A stretch of DNA of 44,087 nucleotides from Chitinophagaceae bacterium (GCA_031412015.1 JANOCH010000251.1:1-44087); one strand, 5' to 3'. Positions 1-10,233 are shown, numbered from the stretch's first letter. A program made the numbers and translations. The notes: generated by a model from the sequence alone, not told the origin.

Positions 1-162
1 CGTAATAGTAACCACGAGGCCAATGATCACCGGCCACCAGTAATAGAATTCACCAAAAGCTTCTTTTGAAAAAAGAGGCCAGGAGGGAATAAACAAAGCG
101 GCATAAAATAGAATAAATATCCAGTTGCGGTACTTAAAGAAAAAATTGCCAATGCTTACCAT
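1..162 (-). CDS. Partial membrane protein (runs off the window edge), probably isoprenylcysteine carboxyl methyltransferase (ICMT)/LmtA-like methyltransferase family
   Basis: Not in the ORF track. ATG at 162 reads MVSIGNFFFKYRNWIFILFYAALFIPSWPLFSKEAFGEFYYWWPVIIGLVVTIT with no stop before the edge. Two hydrophobic segments. The GNFFFKYRN start resembles the GNxxFxxR start of bacterial ICMT/PEMT-type methyltransferases; only 54 aa are visible. Confidence 0.55.
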   Translation of the reverse strand, partial: MVSIGNFFFKYRNWIFILFYAALFIPSWPLFSKEAFGEFYYWWPVIIGLVVTIT

Positions 163-204
163 GGAATGGTTGGTTAAGTATCTTTTAAAAAGTGGGTTTG
201 CGTT

Positions 205-933
205 TTATTTTTTTAAGGCGATAAGACCGGCGAAATTGTACCACTTAAAAAATACTTCGCAATGATCAAATTTTTGGTCCCGGAGCAGAGAAATATTTTC
301 ACTGAGTTTGTAGGGGATCAATACATTTTCCAAGGCTTCCCTTTTTTGTGAAATTTCAAGCTCACTATAATTGTTACGACGTTTATAGTTGTAGTAATAG
401 TTAATAAAGTCACGGTTGTAGCGGCTATCTTCCGCCAGGATCTTTTCAACCAGGATCAATGCACCACCGGGATTCAATCCTTCATAAATCGATCTTACCA
501 GTTTTTCCCGATAGATAGGGCGAATAAATTGTAAGGTCAGGCAAAGAACAACCACGGAAGCGTTATCAATTTTAACTTCCTGGTTCAGGTCGGACAGGCG
601 TAGTTCATAGTTTCTCGCAAAACCTAATTCCGTCAGTTTGTCCTTACATTTATCCAACATTTGTTGAGAATCATCTATACCGATAAAACGTATATTCTTA
701 TCAACGCAGCTGTCCATCCCAATCATGGTCGTCCCGGTGGAACAGCCCAGGTCGTATACATCAGAATCTTCTTTAGCATGGTCGGCAGCTAATTCCGCTA
801 TCATGCGCTGCATTTCGCTATAGAAGGGAACGGAACGATTCACCATGTCGTCAAACACTTTGGCAACACCGGCGCCAAACTTAAAATCGCTCGCTTTTTC
901 AATCTCTGTTTTAAAGACCTCGTCCTTTGTCAT
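205..933 (-). CDS. cmoA: Carboxy-S-adenosyl-L-methionine synthase CmoA
   Basis: Motifs VFDDMVNRSVPFY, YDLGCSTG and TLQFI, plus the CmoA-specific YSELEISQKREALEN segment with its conserved Arg; C-terminal WYNFAGLIALK. Confidence 0.88.
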   Translation of the reverse strand: MTKDEVFKTEIEKASDFKFGAGVAKVFDDMVNRSVPFYSEMQRMIAELAADHAKEDSDVYDLGCSTGTTMIGMDSCVDKNIRFIGIDDSQQMLDKCKDKLTELGFARNYELRLSDLNQEVKIDNASVVVLCLTLQFIRPIYREKLVRSIYEGLNPGGALILVEKILAEDSRYNRDFINYYYNYKRRNNYSELEISQKREALENVLIPYKLSENISLLRDQKFDHCEVFFKWYNFAGLIALKK

Positions 934-1134
934 ATCCTGTTGTTTTGGATGTAAAATCTTAATGAGTACAACTAATTCAATTCTTATTATGTAGTTCTTT
1001 TCGGATTAAGGCCGGCAAGTTACAAACATTCCGTAGTTCAAGTGCCGGGCCTAAAAATTATTATTGGCGGTTAATACCCAAGCGGCAATAAAGCTATATT
1101 TTCAATTTAAATAAGAGTAAACAGCAATTTTAGT

Positions 1135-1488
1135 ATGAAGAAGATGTACTATCTCGGCACCTGTAGTACCTGTGCCGCTATCATTAAGGAAACTGGAATA
1201 ACGGCAGCCAAATTCCAAATGCAGGATATTAAAACAGAAAAGATCACGGCCCCGCAATTGGATGAAATGAAAAAAATGGCGGGCAGCTATGAAGCCCTTT
1301 TTAGCCGGCGGGCTTTGAAATACAAAGAACTTGGTCTGAAGGATAAACCGCTAAAAGAAAAGGATTATCGAAATTATATTTTAGAAGAATACACATTTCT
1401 TAAGCGACCTGTTGTCATTATCAATGATAAAATATTTATCGGCAGTGAAAAGAAAAATGTCGAAGCATTAAAACAGGCTGTCCGTTGA
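1135..1488 (+). CDS. ArsC/Spx family (YffB-like) thioredoxin-fold protein
   Basis: CSTC motif near the N-terminus, FLKRPVV motif, 117 aa. Confidence 0.85.
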   Translation: MKKMYYLGTCSTCAAIIKETGITAAKFQMQDIKTEKITAPQLDEMKKMAGSYEALFSRRALKYKELGLKDKPLKEKDYRNYILEEYTFLKRPVVIINDKIFIGSEKKNVEALKQAVR

Positions 1489-2715
1489 TCGTTGCAAGGC
1501 TGCTTTCTTTTCTTTGGTCAATACATACCAGGCGATAATAACACTAAGCAACATAAATACAGCTCCCAACAAAAAAGACACTCCCGGAAAATGAAATGGA
1601 GCTTTGTCCGTGGTAAAATATTTGAACAGGTAATTCATGATCAGCGGGCCGATAATGGTAGTGATGCTCATTAAGCTGGTTAATGCTCCTTGCAATTCTC
1701 CCTGTTCATTGGATGGCACATGTCCTGCCAGTATAGATTGAAGCGCTGGTCCGGCAATACCTCCCAGGCAATAAGGGACTAAAAATGCAAACATCATCCA
1801 GCCTTCCGTGGCGAAAGCGAATAATACAAGTCCAAGCGTATATAAAAGCAGGCCAACATAGATACTTTTTTCATCTCCCAGCTTCGGATTGATAAACCGG
1901 ATAAGACCTCCCTGGACGATACCTACCAGCAGACCAACTACGGCCAATGAAAGGCCCACCATTTTTTCGCTCCAATCAAAACGGTATATGGTAAAGAAGC
2001 TCCAGTTGCCCTGCACTGCCTGTGATGCAAGGTAGATGAGGAAAAAGGAGAATGCCAGTCCGCCGATAGCGGGATTTCTTCTTAATAGTTGCAATGAACC
2101 AAAGGGGTTCGCTCTTAACCAACTAAACTCACGGCGGTTTTCCTTACTTAACGACTCCGGCAAAACAAAATACCCGTAAAGGCAGTTAAGCAGACAAAGG
2201 ATGGCCGCCGCATAAAAAGGAGCTTTGGTGCCAAGTCCCGCCAACAAACCTCCCAAAGCCGGCCCGATAACAAAACCTACACCGAAAGCCGCCCCCACCA
2301 TACCGAAATTTTTGGCCCTGGTTTCCGGAGTACTTATGTCGGCAATATAAGCCGAGGCGGTAGTAAAGCTGGCGCCGGTAATGCCCGCAATGACGCGGCC
2401 AACAAATAGCCAACCATAGGTTGGCGCTAAAGCCAGGAAAAGGTAGTCGATGCCGAAGCCAAAAAGTGATGCCAGTAATACAGGTCTGCGGCCATATTTA
2501 TCACTTAGGTTGCCGATAACAGGTGCGAATAAAAACTGGACAAAAGCATATACAGATAATAACAAAGCGCCATAGGGACTGGCCTCATTTACGGAAATAC
2601 CTTTCAATTGGGAAATAAGATCGGGCATCACGGGGATAATCAGCCCCCATCCCATTACGTCGATCAATAAGGTGATAAAAATAAAACCTACTGCTGCTTT
2701 ACGATCGGTTGCCAT
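1468..2715 (-). CDS. TCR/Tet-like (DHA1) MFS efflux transporter
   Basis: About 12 TM segments; motif A ([14 protein letters not shown]); [10 protein letters not shown]; motif C ([10 protein letters not shown]). 3' end overlaps the convergent ArsC-family gene by 21 nt. Confidence 0.9.
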   Translation of the reverse strand: MATDRKAAVGFIFITLLIDVMGWGLIIPVMPDLISQLKGISVNEASPYGALLLSVYAFVQFLFAPVIGNLSDKYGRRPVLLASLFGFGIDYLFLALAPTYGWLFVGRVIAGITGASFTTASAYIADISTPETRAKNFGMVGAAFGVGFVIGPALGGLLAGLGTKAPFYAAAILCLLNCLYGYFVLPESLSKENRREFSWLRANPFGSLQLLRRNPAIGGLAFSFFLIYLASQAVQGNWSFFTIYRFDWSEKMVGLSLAVVGLLVGIVQGGLIRFINPKLGDEKSIYVGLLLYTLGLVLFAFATEGWMMFAFLVPYCLGGIAGPALQSILAGHVPSNEQGELQGALTSLMSITTIIGPLIMNYLFKYFTTDKAPFHFPGVSFLLGAVFMLLSVIIAWYVLTKEKKAALQRSTDSLF

Positions 2716-2976
2716 TTTTTTAAATTATGCAGCGCAAAGGTGAAAGTTTTTTGTCCAGTGGAGATTATTTTTTCGGTAAACGGGTAGGATCGGGCATATA
2801 AACGTGATAAACCATGTAAACAAAGGAAAACTATACATTACCAAAGGTGTAAACAACCGGGAGCTTTATCATAATAAAAGAATTTCTACTTATCATTGGC
2901 TGACCGGTGAAAACGGGCATGTTTTTGGAATAAAATTTATTAACAAAGTTTCAGGGAATGAACTTTGTTGATCTGT

Positions 2977-2984
2977 TATCTTTG
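2977..2984 (+). promoter_or_regulatory. Bacteroidota sigma -7 element (TATCTTTG) upstream of the OmpA/MotB gene
   Basis: Exact TAnnTTTG match about 80 nt upstream of the ATG at 3064. Confidence 0.55.
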
Positions 2985-3063
2985 CCTTCCTTAAAACCTA
3001 TCCTGGGCGAAACACCGAACTATTTACAATCTAAATATTTTATTCATTTAAAACAGGTCCATT

Positions 3064-3936
3064 ATGAATCTAAAACAAATTGCAATTACAGGGATGTCGG
3101 CTTTGTTCCTGGTATCCTGTGTGAGCAGTAAGAAATTTAAAAAATCACAGGCTGATTATGCTACGTTACAAACAGAACAAACCAGGTTGCAAGGGGACCT
3201 TAGCGCCTGCAACGATGAAAAAGCCACCCTTCAGGGCCAGAAAAGTAACTTAGAAAAGGATATTGCCAACCTTAACAATCAAATTGAGTTTTTAAAACAA
3301 AACAATACACAGGCGTTAAAGCAACTGCAGGATCTTTCTGTTATTTCCAGCTCACAGGCGGAAAGTATCAAAAAATCAATGGAGAATATCGGCGCCAAGG
3401 ACTCTTACATTCAGACGTTGCAACAACAGATAGCGCATAAAGACTCGTTGAATATGGCCCTGGTGATGAACCTTAAAGGAGCTGTAGGAGATATGAACGA
3501 CCAGGATATTAATATTAAAGTGGATAAGGGTGTCGTATACATCGATATCTCGGATAAACTTCTTTTCAAAACAGCAAAGTATGATGTAACGGCCGAAGCA
3601 AAAACCGTATTGGGCAAGGTGGCCAAGGTTTTGAAAAATCAACCTGATATAGAATTTATGGTTGAGGGACATACGGATAATGTGGAGTATAAAGGTGGAG
3701 GTTTAGTGCTGGACAACTGGGATCTGAGCGTAAAGCGAGCTACATCTGTAGTAAGAATTCTGCAAAAAGAATATGGATTGGATCCAGCGAAGATGGCAGC
3801 TGCGGGTCGCGGGGAATATAACCCAGTTGGAGAGAATACAACGAAAGAAGGCCGCGCTTCTAATCGCCGGACAAGAATCGTTATTCTGCCACAATTGGAT
3901 CAGTTCTTTAAATTATTGGAACCCAATAAAGGGTAA
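3064..3936 (+). CDS. OmpA/MotB-family peptidoglycan-binding lipoprotein with coiled coil
   Basis: Lipobox LVSC; coiled-coil N-terminal half; OmpA-like C-terminal motifs VEGHTD, NWDLSVKRA and NRRTRI. Confidence 0.9.
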   Translation: MNLKQIAITGMSALFLVSCVSSKKFKKSQADYATLQTEQTRLQGDLSACNDEKATLQGQKSNLEKDIANLNNQIEFLKQNNTQALKQLQDLSVISSSQAESIKKSMENIGAKDSYIQTLQQQIAHKDSLNMALVMNLKGAVGDMNDQDINIKVDKGVVYIDISDKLLFKTAKYDVTAEAKTVLGKVAKVLKNQPDIEFMVEGHTDNVEYKGGGLVLDNWDLSVKRATSVVRILQKEYGLDPAKMAAAGRGEYNPVGENTTKEGRASNRRTRIVILPQLDQFFKLLEPNKG

Positions 3937-3955
3937 TTATTTTTTATAGAAACAG

Positions 3956-3990
3956 AAGCCATTTTGTATTGTACAAAATGGCTTTTTGTT
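3956..3990 (+). terminator. Intrinsic terminator
   Basis: AAGCCATTTTGTA-ttg-TACAAAATGGCTT hairpin followed by a T tract, 20 nt after the stop codon. Confidence 0.8.
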
Positions 3991-4125
3991 TTATGGCTTT
4001 AGCATTTCAAAGGAAGCCTCGCCCTGGTTTTTGCCGGAAATGCAAAACAAGGCGTTAACCTTTTATCATAAAGTCGGAATACCCGTTTGAAAAATCATTT
4101 ATTTTCCATTCTTAAAAATGTTCTT

Positions 4126-5775
4126 ATGATTCGTAGCATACTATTTTATTTGTTAGCCAGTATATTATTTATTTCCTGCGGACAAAATGAAACGACCGTC
4201 GACGAACCGGATGGTCTTGCCGCCTTTAGTGTCGATAGCCTCGGCAAAAATATCGCTCAATTAGCCTCCGATGATTTCACCGGGCGCAAACCTTTTTCTG
4301 AAGGGGAAACAAAAACGATCAATTACCTGAAAGAACAATTTATAGCGGTGGGTTTGGAACCGGGTAACAGTGAAAGTTATTTCCAGGAAGTGCCGATGGT
4401 AAAAATTACAACTGCTGCTGCACCATCAATACAGGTGCAGTCTGCAAAAGGAAAATTCAGTTTGAAAGGATTGGATGATTATGTTATCTGGACGGATAAA
4501 ACTGATTCTGCTATTTCACTCAACAATGATGAATTAGTTTTTGCAGGATACGGTGTTGTAGCTCCGGAATACAACTGGAATGATTATGAAAGCCTGGATG
4601 TAAAAGGTAAAGTAGTTTTGATACTGGTAAATGATCCCGGCTTCAATGCTGGTGATAGTTCTTTGTTTAAAGGAAAAACAATGACTTATTATGGCCGCTG
4701 GACCTATAAATTTGAAGAAGCCGCCAAACAGGGAGCAAAGGGATGTTTGATCATTCATAATACGGAAGCTGCCAGCTATCCATTTAAAGTAGTACAAAAC
4801 AATTGGAACACCTCCCGCTTACGGTTAGACAACCGTGGTAAAGAAGAAAAATTATGTGATGTGATCGGCTGGGTGTCAGCACCGGCGGCAAAAAAATTAT
4901 TAGCAGCAGCGGGAAAAGATACAATGCTGCTTTCCAAAGCAGACCAGAGAGGTTTTAAAGGTGAACCGCTGAACCTGAAGGTTTCTACAACCATGCAGGT
5001 AAAAACTGAATACAATAAATCTTACAATGTCATTGGCAAGATAACCGGCAGCAAACATCCTGATGAAGTGATCATTTATACGGCGCATTGGGATCACCTG
5101 GGTATTGGCGCCCCTGACGACACCGGCGATTCGATTTATAACGGCGCCCTGGACAATGCGAGTGCGACTGCCGGTTTGCTTGAAATAGCAAGAGGATTCA
5201 AAAGTTTGAAAACAAAACCGGAACGAACCATTATCCTGCTGTCGGTAACAGCCGAAGAACAAGGATTATGGGGTTCGGCGTACTATGCACAGAACCCGGT
5301 GTATCCAACGAACATGACGCTGGCTAATATTAATATGGATGGTTTGAATTATTATGGTAAAACAAAGGATATCATCGTTGTTGGACAGGGTCAGTCTGAA
5401 ATGGAAGATTATTTAAAAGAAGAAGCGGCGAAGGTTGACAGAGTCACTGTAAACGAGAGTCATCCGGAAGCCGGTTATTATTACCGTTCTGATCATTTCA
5501 ATTTTGCAAAGGCAGGAGTGCCTGCTTTATACACCAAGTATGGTACCGATGTTGTTGGAAAAGATAATGATTATGGCAGGCAAAAAGCGGATGAATACAC
5601 AGCAAAAAATTACCATCGGCCATCCGATGAGTATGATTCAACATGGGATCTGACGGGTGCCATTAATGATCTTCAATTATTGTTCCGTGTAGGTATTCGC
5701 ATTGCCGCCGAAAAAAAATGGCCGGAGTGGAAAACCGGATCAGAGTTTAAAGCGATCAGGGAAGGAAATAGGTAA
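4126..5775 (+). CDS. M28 family Zn-aminopeptidase lipoprotein with PA domain
   Basis: Lipobox FISC; TAHWDH, NGALDNASA, AEEQGL, NMD and YHRPSD motifs; PA-domain TYYGRWTYK. ATG 4126 preferred over TTG 4087. Confidence 0.9.
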   Translation: MIRSILFYLLASILFISCGQNETTVDEPDGLAAFSVDSLGKNIAQLASDDFTGRKPFSEGETKTINYLKEQFIAVGLEPGNSESYFQEVPMVKITTAAAPSIQVQSAKGKFSLKGLDDYVIWTDKTDSAISLNNDELVFAGYGVVAPEYNWNDYESLDVKGKVVLILVNDPGFNAGDSSLFKGKTMTYYGRWTYKFEEAAKQGAKGCLIIHNTEAASYPFKVVQNNWNTSRLRLDNRGKEEKLCDVIGWVSAPAAKKLLAAAGKDTMLLSKADQRGFKGEPLNLKVSTTMQVKTEYNKSYNVIGKITGSKHPDEVIIYTAHWDHLGIGAPDDTGDSIYNGALDNASATAGLLEIARGFKSLKTKPERTIILLSVTAEEQGLWGSAYYAQNPVYPTNMTLANINMDGLNYYGKTKDIIVVGQGQSEMEDYLKEEAAKVDRVTVNESHPEAGYYYRSDHFNFAKAGVPALYTKYGTDVVGKDNDYGRQKADEYTAKNYHRPSDEYDSTWDLTGAINDLQLLFRVGIRIAAEKKWPEWKTGSEFKAIREGNR

Positions 5776-5794
5776 GGTTGTTTTTATAAATATC

Positions 5795-5832
5795 AATAGT
5801 AGTTGTTTACACAAAGCAACTACTATTTTTTT
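5795..5832 (+). terminator. Intrinsic terminator
   Basis: AATAGTAGTTG...CAACTACTATT inverted repeat followed by a T tract. Confidence 0.75.
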
Positions 5833-5994
5833 GCCCGTCTATCAGGGATAACCTTCCGACGGAGAGATATAATGTAAAAAACCGACATCATTAACTTTTT
5901 TCCAACCCACTCATCTTTTGCATAGCACTGCCTGTACCAATTAAATACGAACTCATTCGTTTTGTAACAATCTTGTGGTCTAAGAATTTAGCGC

Positions 5995-8454
5995 ATGAGA
6001 TCAGTATTTCTTTTTATTCCGGCTATTTTATTGACAGTAATGGCAACGGCTCAATCAACCGGTCGCGGAAAAATAACAATCACCATTTCCAATGAAAAAG
6101 CCATTGCATTGGAGAATGCAACCGTTGAATTAATAAAAGCCAAAGATTCTTCTTTGGTAAAAGTCGCCATCACCGATAAAGCCGGCGGAGCAGAATTTGA
6201 AAAAATTTCCTTCGGTTCGTATTTGCTGAAAGCGACAATGGTTAACTATGGATCACAATATTCTTCCGTCGCAGAATTATCGGAATCAAATGCGGAAATA
6301 AATGTACCGTCTCTTTCTCTTCAACTTCAGTCGACGCAACTGGGGGGTGTAACGGTGACGGGTAAAAAACCATTTATTCAAAAACTAAGTGATCGCCTGG
6401 TAGTAAATGTGGAAAACAGTATTGTCAATGCGGGTAGTTCGGCGATGGATGTGTTGGAACGTTCACCGGGAGTAAGTATTGACCAGAATGATGTATTGGG
6501 TCTTCGTGGACGGCAAGGTGTAATTATCATGATCGACGGAAAACCATCACCCATGGCCGGGGCCGATCTTGCGAACTATTTGCGGGGTTTACCATCCAGC
6601 GCTATCGAGCGCATTGAGATCATCACCAATCCTTCCGCCAAATACGATGCGGCAGGTAACTCCGGAATCATTGATATTCGGATGAAGAAGGATCAGCGAT
6701 TTGGTGTAAACGGAACATTGACGGCTGGCTATGGACAAGGCGTTTATCCAAAAGCAAATACCGGTACCACTTTCAACTATCGCAATAAAAAAATAAACCT
6801 GTTTGGTAATTATAACTATGCTTATCGTAAAGGACTGAATCATTTATTTCTTGACAGGAATTTTTATGAGAACGGAAATTTCGTGGGCCGGGATTTGAAA
6901 GATAACTATGCAAGATTTCCGTTTAATTCACACACGGGACGGTTTGGAGCAGATTTCTTTCCTTCTAAAAAAACGATCATCGGCTTTGTGGTCAATGGCA
7001 CCTTTAATCATTTCACCCGGAAGACTGATAATGTGGCCCGGGTAATGGATGCACAGGATCAACCGGTTTCTACCTTTCAAACAAGGGCCGGCAATAATGA
7101 TCATGCCAATAATATCTTTGCTAATGTCAATTTCAAACACAGCTTTGACAGCACGGGTAGAGAACTTACCACTGATATCGACTATGGCTCATTCAGGTCA
7201 AACTCTTTGTCGTATAATTTCACCAGCTATTATAAAAATGACGGCTCTCCATTGCAGGATAATTATAAACTGGATGGCGACCAGGAAGGGAAGCTGACAT
7301 TAAAAACCGCGAAGGTTGATTATATACAGCCATTAAAAAATAAGGCAAAAGTAGAAGCAGGCGGCAAGATCAGTTTTGTTTCCAGCGATAATGATGCAAA
7401 ATTTTTCGATGTAAGCAGTGGTGTACCGGTGAATGATGTGAACAAGACCAATCACTTTTTTTATACGGAAAATAATAATGCCGCTTATATCAACTTTAGC
7501 AAAGCGTATAAAAAATTTGACTGGCAGATCGGTCTTCGTGGAGAACAAACCAATATTGAAACAAAGCAGGTAAATGGTAATGTTCGGTTTGATTCCAGCT
7601 ATTTTCAATTATTCCCCAGCGCTTTTTTTAACTTTCATATCAAAGAGGACCGGACCATTGGTGTTTCGGTTAGCCGGCGGATCGATCGTCCCGGCTATTC
7701 GCAACTCAACCCGTTTTTATTTTTAATTGATGTTACCACTTATGCTACGGGCAGCCCTGGTTTATTGCCACAGCTTACCTGGTCTTATGAATTGAATTAT
7801 ACGTTGAAAAATTTGAATTTCACCCTGGGTTATAGCCATACAAACAACAATCAGAACATCGCCATCGCCCGTTTCAAAGATGTATTTCCCAACATTCCAT
7901 CAGAAGAAAATGTAACGGTACAAATACCCATCAATCTTGAATCCTCGGATTATATTGGCTTGACGGTGGCCGCTCCGATTCGTATCAGTAAATGGTGGAA
8001 CATGATCAATAATGGCAACCTGTACTACAATCATTTTAACGGGAATCTTGCAGGGTCTGTTTTGAATAATGGCCAGCCGGCCTTTGATATGAGCACTAAC
8101 AATAGCTTCACCTTTAAAAAAGGCTGGACGACTGAATTGAATGCCAATTTTAATTCCGGCGGACAATACGGTTTTATGGTCTCCAAACCCCAATGGGGAA
8201 TGTCAATGGGGGTACAAAAAACCGTTTTGAAGAATAAGGGAACGGTCCGTTTTAATATCACGGATATTTTCTGGACCAACCGTCCCCGGGCCACCATCAC
8301 TTTTCCCGGAGTATATGTTGAAAAATGGCATGCCTTCCGCGAAAGCCGGGTGGCGACCCTCAGCTTTAACTACCGGTTTGGAAATAATAAAGTGCAGGCT
8401 GCCCGTCGCAGAACTACGGGATCGGAGGAGGAAAGACAACGAGCCGGCAATTAA
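5995..8454 (+). CDS. TonB-dependent receptor / outer-membrane beta-barrel protein with N-terminal carboxypeptidase-regulatory-like domain
   Basis: Signal peptide; plug motif IERIEIITNPSAKYDAAGNSGII; RRIDRPGYSQLNPF; C-terminal LSFNYRFG. Confidence 0.88.
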   Translation: MRSVFLFIPAILLTVMATAQSTGRGKITITISNEKAIALENATVELIKAKDSSLVKVAITDKAGGAEFEKISFGSYLLKATMVNYGSQYSSVAELSESNAEINVPSLSLQLQSTQLGGVTVTGKKPFIQKLSDRLVVNVENSIVNAGSSAMDVLERSPGVSIDQNDVLGLRGRQGVIIMIDGKPSPMAGADLANYLRGLPSSAIERIEIITNPSAKYDAAGNSGIIDIRMKKDQRFGVNGTLTAGYGQGVYPKANTGTTFNYRNKKINLFGNYNYAYRKGLNHLFLDRNFYENGNFVGRDLKDNYARFPFNSHTGRFGADFFPSKKTIIGFVVNGTFNHFTRKTDNVARVMDAQDQPVSTFQTRAGNNDHANNIFANVNFKHSFDSTGRELTTDIDYGSFRSNSLSYNFTSYYKNDGSPLQDNYKLDGDQEGKLTLKTAKVDYIQPLKNKAKVEAGGKISFVSSDNDAKFFDVSSGVPVNDVNKTNHFFYTENNNAAYINFSKAYKKFDWQIGLRGEQTNIETKQVNGNVRFDSSYFQLFPSAFFNFHIKEDRTIGVSVSRRIDRPGYSQLNPFLFLIDVTTYATGSPGLLPQLTWSYELNYTLKNLNFTLGYSHTNNNQNIAIARFKDVFPNIPSEENVTVQIPINLESSDYIGLTVAAPIRISKWWNMINNGNLYYNHFNGNLAGSVLNNGQPAFDMSTNNSFTFKKGWTTELNANFNSGGQYGFMVSKPQWGMSMGVQKTVLKNKGTVRFNITDIFWTNRPRATITFPGVYVEKWHAFRESRVATLSFNYRFGNNKVQAARRRTTGSEEERQRAGN

Positions 8455-8482
8455 ATTTTTTTAGTTTTCTCATGTGAACATC

Positions 8483-8512
8483 GGGCTGGTATTCTTACCG
8501 GCCCTCTTTTTT
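8483..8512 (+). terminator. Intrinsic terminator
   Basis: GGGCTGGTA-ttct-TACCGGCCC hairpin followed by a T tract. Confidence 0.75.
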
Positions 8513-8676
8513 ACACTTAGGCGATAAAAATCAAGGAGTTAGAGCCGCCTAATTCAAATGGCGCCGAAAACGAAGCTGAAAGCCGGTTTAAGGCCTTTTT
8601 CGCAGTACAATATTTTACCTATTATTCAGTTATTACATGAGGTCCCAATCCTATTTGAAAACCAAAACTGTGAAAA

Positions 8677-10203
8677 ATGCCCCATTTTTACCTGGCTGAC
8701 AGGTTTCGTTCCTGCAAAAAAGCTGTAACCCGCACCATTCTCCTTTTTTCCGTCTTATTTTTTTCAACCAAAATGATGGCTCAGAGCCCGGAGTATACCC
8801 GCAGCTACCTGAATAATGTAGTTGAACTGGGCCTTGGTGATTTTGGATTGATCACGGCGGAGGATTCTGCCAATGTATACTTTATTGCTGTTCGCCGGGC
8901 CGTTGCGATCAAAGACTACCCAGCCGAAAAAATAGCCAACAGCATTAAGTCAGTTAAATTTTATGGCAATAGCTACAGGACCAAGGCTACCAAAGTCAAA
9001 GAAAGCCGCATCGGCGCTTTTACCATAGTGCTTTACCAGGCAACCAAGCCACCAGTGGGCGACTGGCAAAGAAGCTATTACCACACGCTGGCCTATAAGA
9101 AAGGAAAGTATTCAACCTTCCGTGACAAGTGGCTCAGCGATAAGATTTGGGCGGTGATGGAGGCCAAAATGGAAGTGATCAAACAACCTAAATCCGGGAT
9201 AGCGACGGTAGAAGTGCCCTTGGAGGCAGGTATTGCGAAAGGAATGCCGATGGTAAACAACGAGGGTTTTATCGCCGGTATGTTCGCTGAAACCACCCTG
9301 GGCAAAAAAGTGGTCAAGGTGATCAACATGAAAGAGATCGCGGATGCACTTTTTAAGGCCGGTGACAGTAGTTGCCGCTATTTTCATATGATAGAGTTTG
9401 GTAAAACTGATATCCGTTGCGAACTGGAATTCCAGGCGAAAATAGATGCGGAAGAAGACGCCCGTCTTGAAGCAGAGGGAAAACTGAAGAAACCAATGGC
9501 TAAACAACCGAAGAAAGATACCACTGAGAAAATTGCTAAAGCCAGCACTAAACCGGACCCTAAACATCATTTCCTTGATTACGGCATCCACGCAAATGCA
9601 TTGTTGGATCCCATGCTAAAGGACAATACTAACCGGGATAATGATTTTAATACCCGGTTGTTTCATGCGGGTATAACGCTTCACCTGAACATTGACAAGA
9701 AAAAGGGGAATAACCGCATTACGTTGAAACCACGTTACGGAAACTTTGCGGAGCGAAATGACGATGGCTTATGGACCTCTCCTGATGATGAAGTCAGGAT
9801 CGTTAAGACCTCTTATAGCTATGTAGAAATGCCCGTTATACTTGAAAGAAGATTATTCAAGACGAGGAATTATTCTGTGGCTATAGGCGCCGGGTATTCG
9901 GCGGGTGTAGTGTTCGGTCACAAATATCAATGGATAGATAAAGCGGTTACTTCGATCACTAAGCAATCGGTACCCGATAATGGTTCCGCGATTACTCAAA
10001 GACTGATCGGGGAACTGCATTTTTATGAATTCAAGTTTGGCCGCCTGACCGCTGTTTATACCAAAGACATATCCGCTTACCCTCATGCTAATTACCAATT
10101 GAATTCCAACGGCACTGACTATACACCTTTTGCCGACAAGAAAAAATCATGGTATGTGGGTCTTGAACTGGGTATAAGGTTAAGAGGAAGTTTCTTAAGA
10201 TAA
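8677..10203 (+). CDS. Exported hypothetical protein: possible degenerate trypsin-like N-domain, charged linker, C-terminal outer-membrane beta-barrel
   Basis: 508-aa ORF with a signal-like segment. The C-terminal part has alternating beta strands typical of Bacteroidota porin-like barrels (YSYVEMPVIL, AIGAGYSAG, WYVGLELGIRL). Confidence 0.6.
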   Translation: MPHFYLADRFRSCKKAVTRTILLFSVLFFSTKMMAQSPEYTRSYLNNVVELGLGDFGLITAEDSANVYFIAVRRAVAIKDYPAEKIANSIKSVKFYGNSYRTKATKVKESRIGAFTIVLYQATKPPVGDWQRSYYHTLAYKKGKYSTFRDKWLSDKIWAVMEAKMEVIKQPKSGIATVEVPLEAGIAKGMPMVNNEGFIAGMFAETTLGKKVVKVINMKEIADALFKAGDSSCRYFHMIEFGKTDIRCELEFQAKIDAEEDARLEAEGKLKKPMAKQPKKDTTEKIAKASTKPDPKHHFLDYGIHANALLDPMLKDNTNRDNDFNTRLFHAGITLHLNIDKKKGNNRITLKPRYGNFAERNDDGLWTSPDDEVRIVKTSYSYVEMPVILERRLFKTRNYSVAIGAGYSAGVVFGHKYQWIDKAVTSITKQSVPDNGSAITQRLIGELHFYEFKFGRLTAVYTKDISAYPHANYQLNSNGTDYTPFADKKKSWYVGLELGIRLRGSFLR

Positions 10204-10233
10204 TACCCGGCCTCATTTATCAAAACTTATACG

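Noticed and set aside
1-162. The ICMT-like gene as tailoring partner of the type III PKS (as in Bacillus BpsA/BpsB)
   Set aside because: It lies 13 kb away, and the PKS operon has its own methyltransferase.
934-1134. SAM riboswitch upstream of cmoA
   Set aside because: The region is AT-rich, and I could not identify SAM-I or SAM-II core elements by eye. An Rfam/Infernal scan would settle it.
1468-2715. Acquired tetracycline resistance gene tetA
   Set aside because: Only family-level similarity, with no tetR and no mobile context. It looks like a chromosomal DHA1 transporter.
3064-3936. Flagellar motor protein MotB
   Set aside because: It has a lipoprotein signal, no TM helix with the MotB Asp, and no motA neighbour. 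It only shares the OmpA-like domain.
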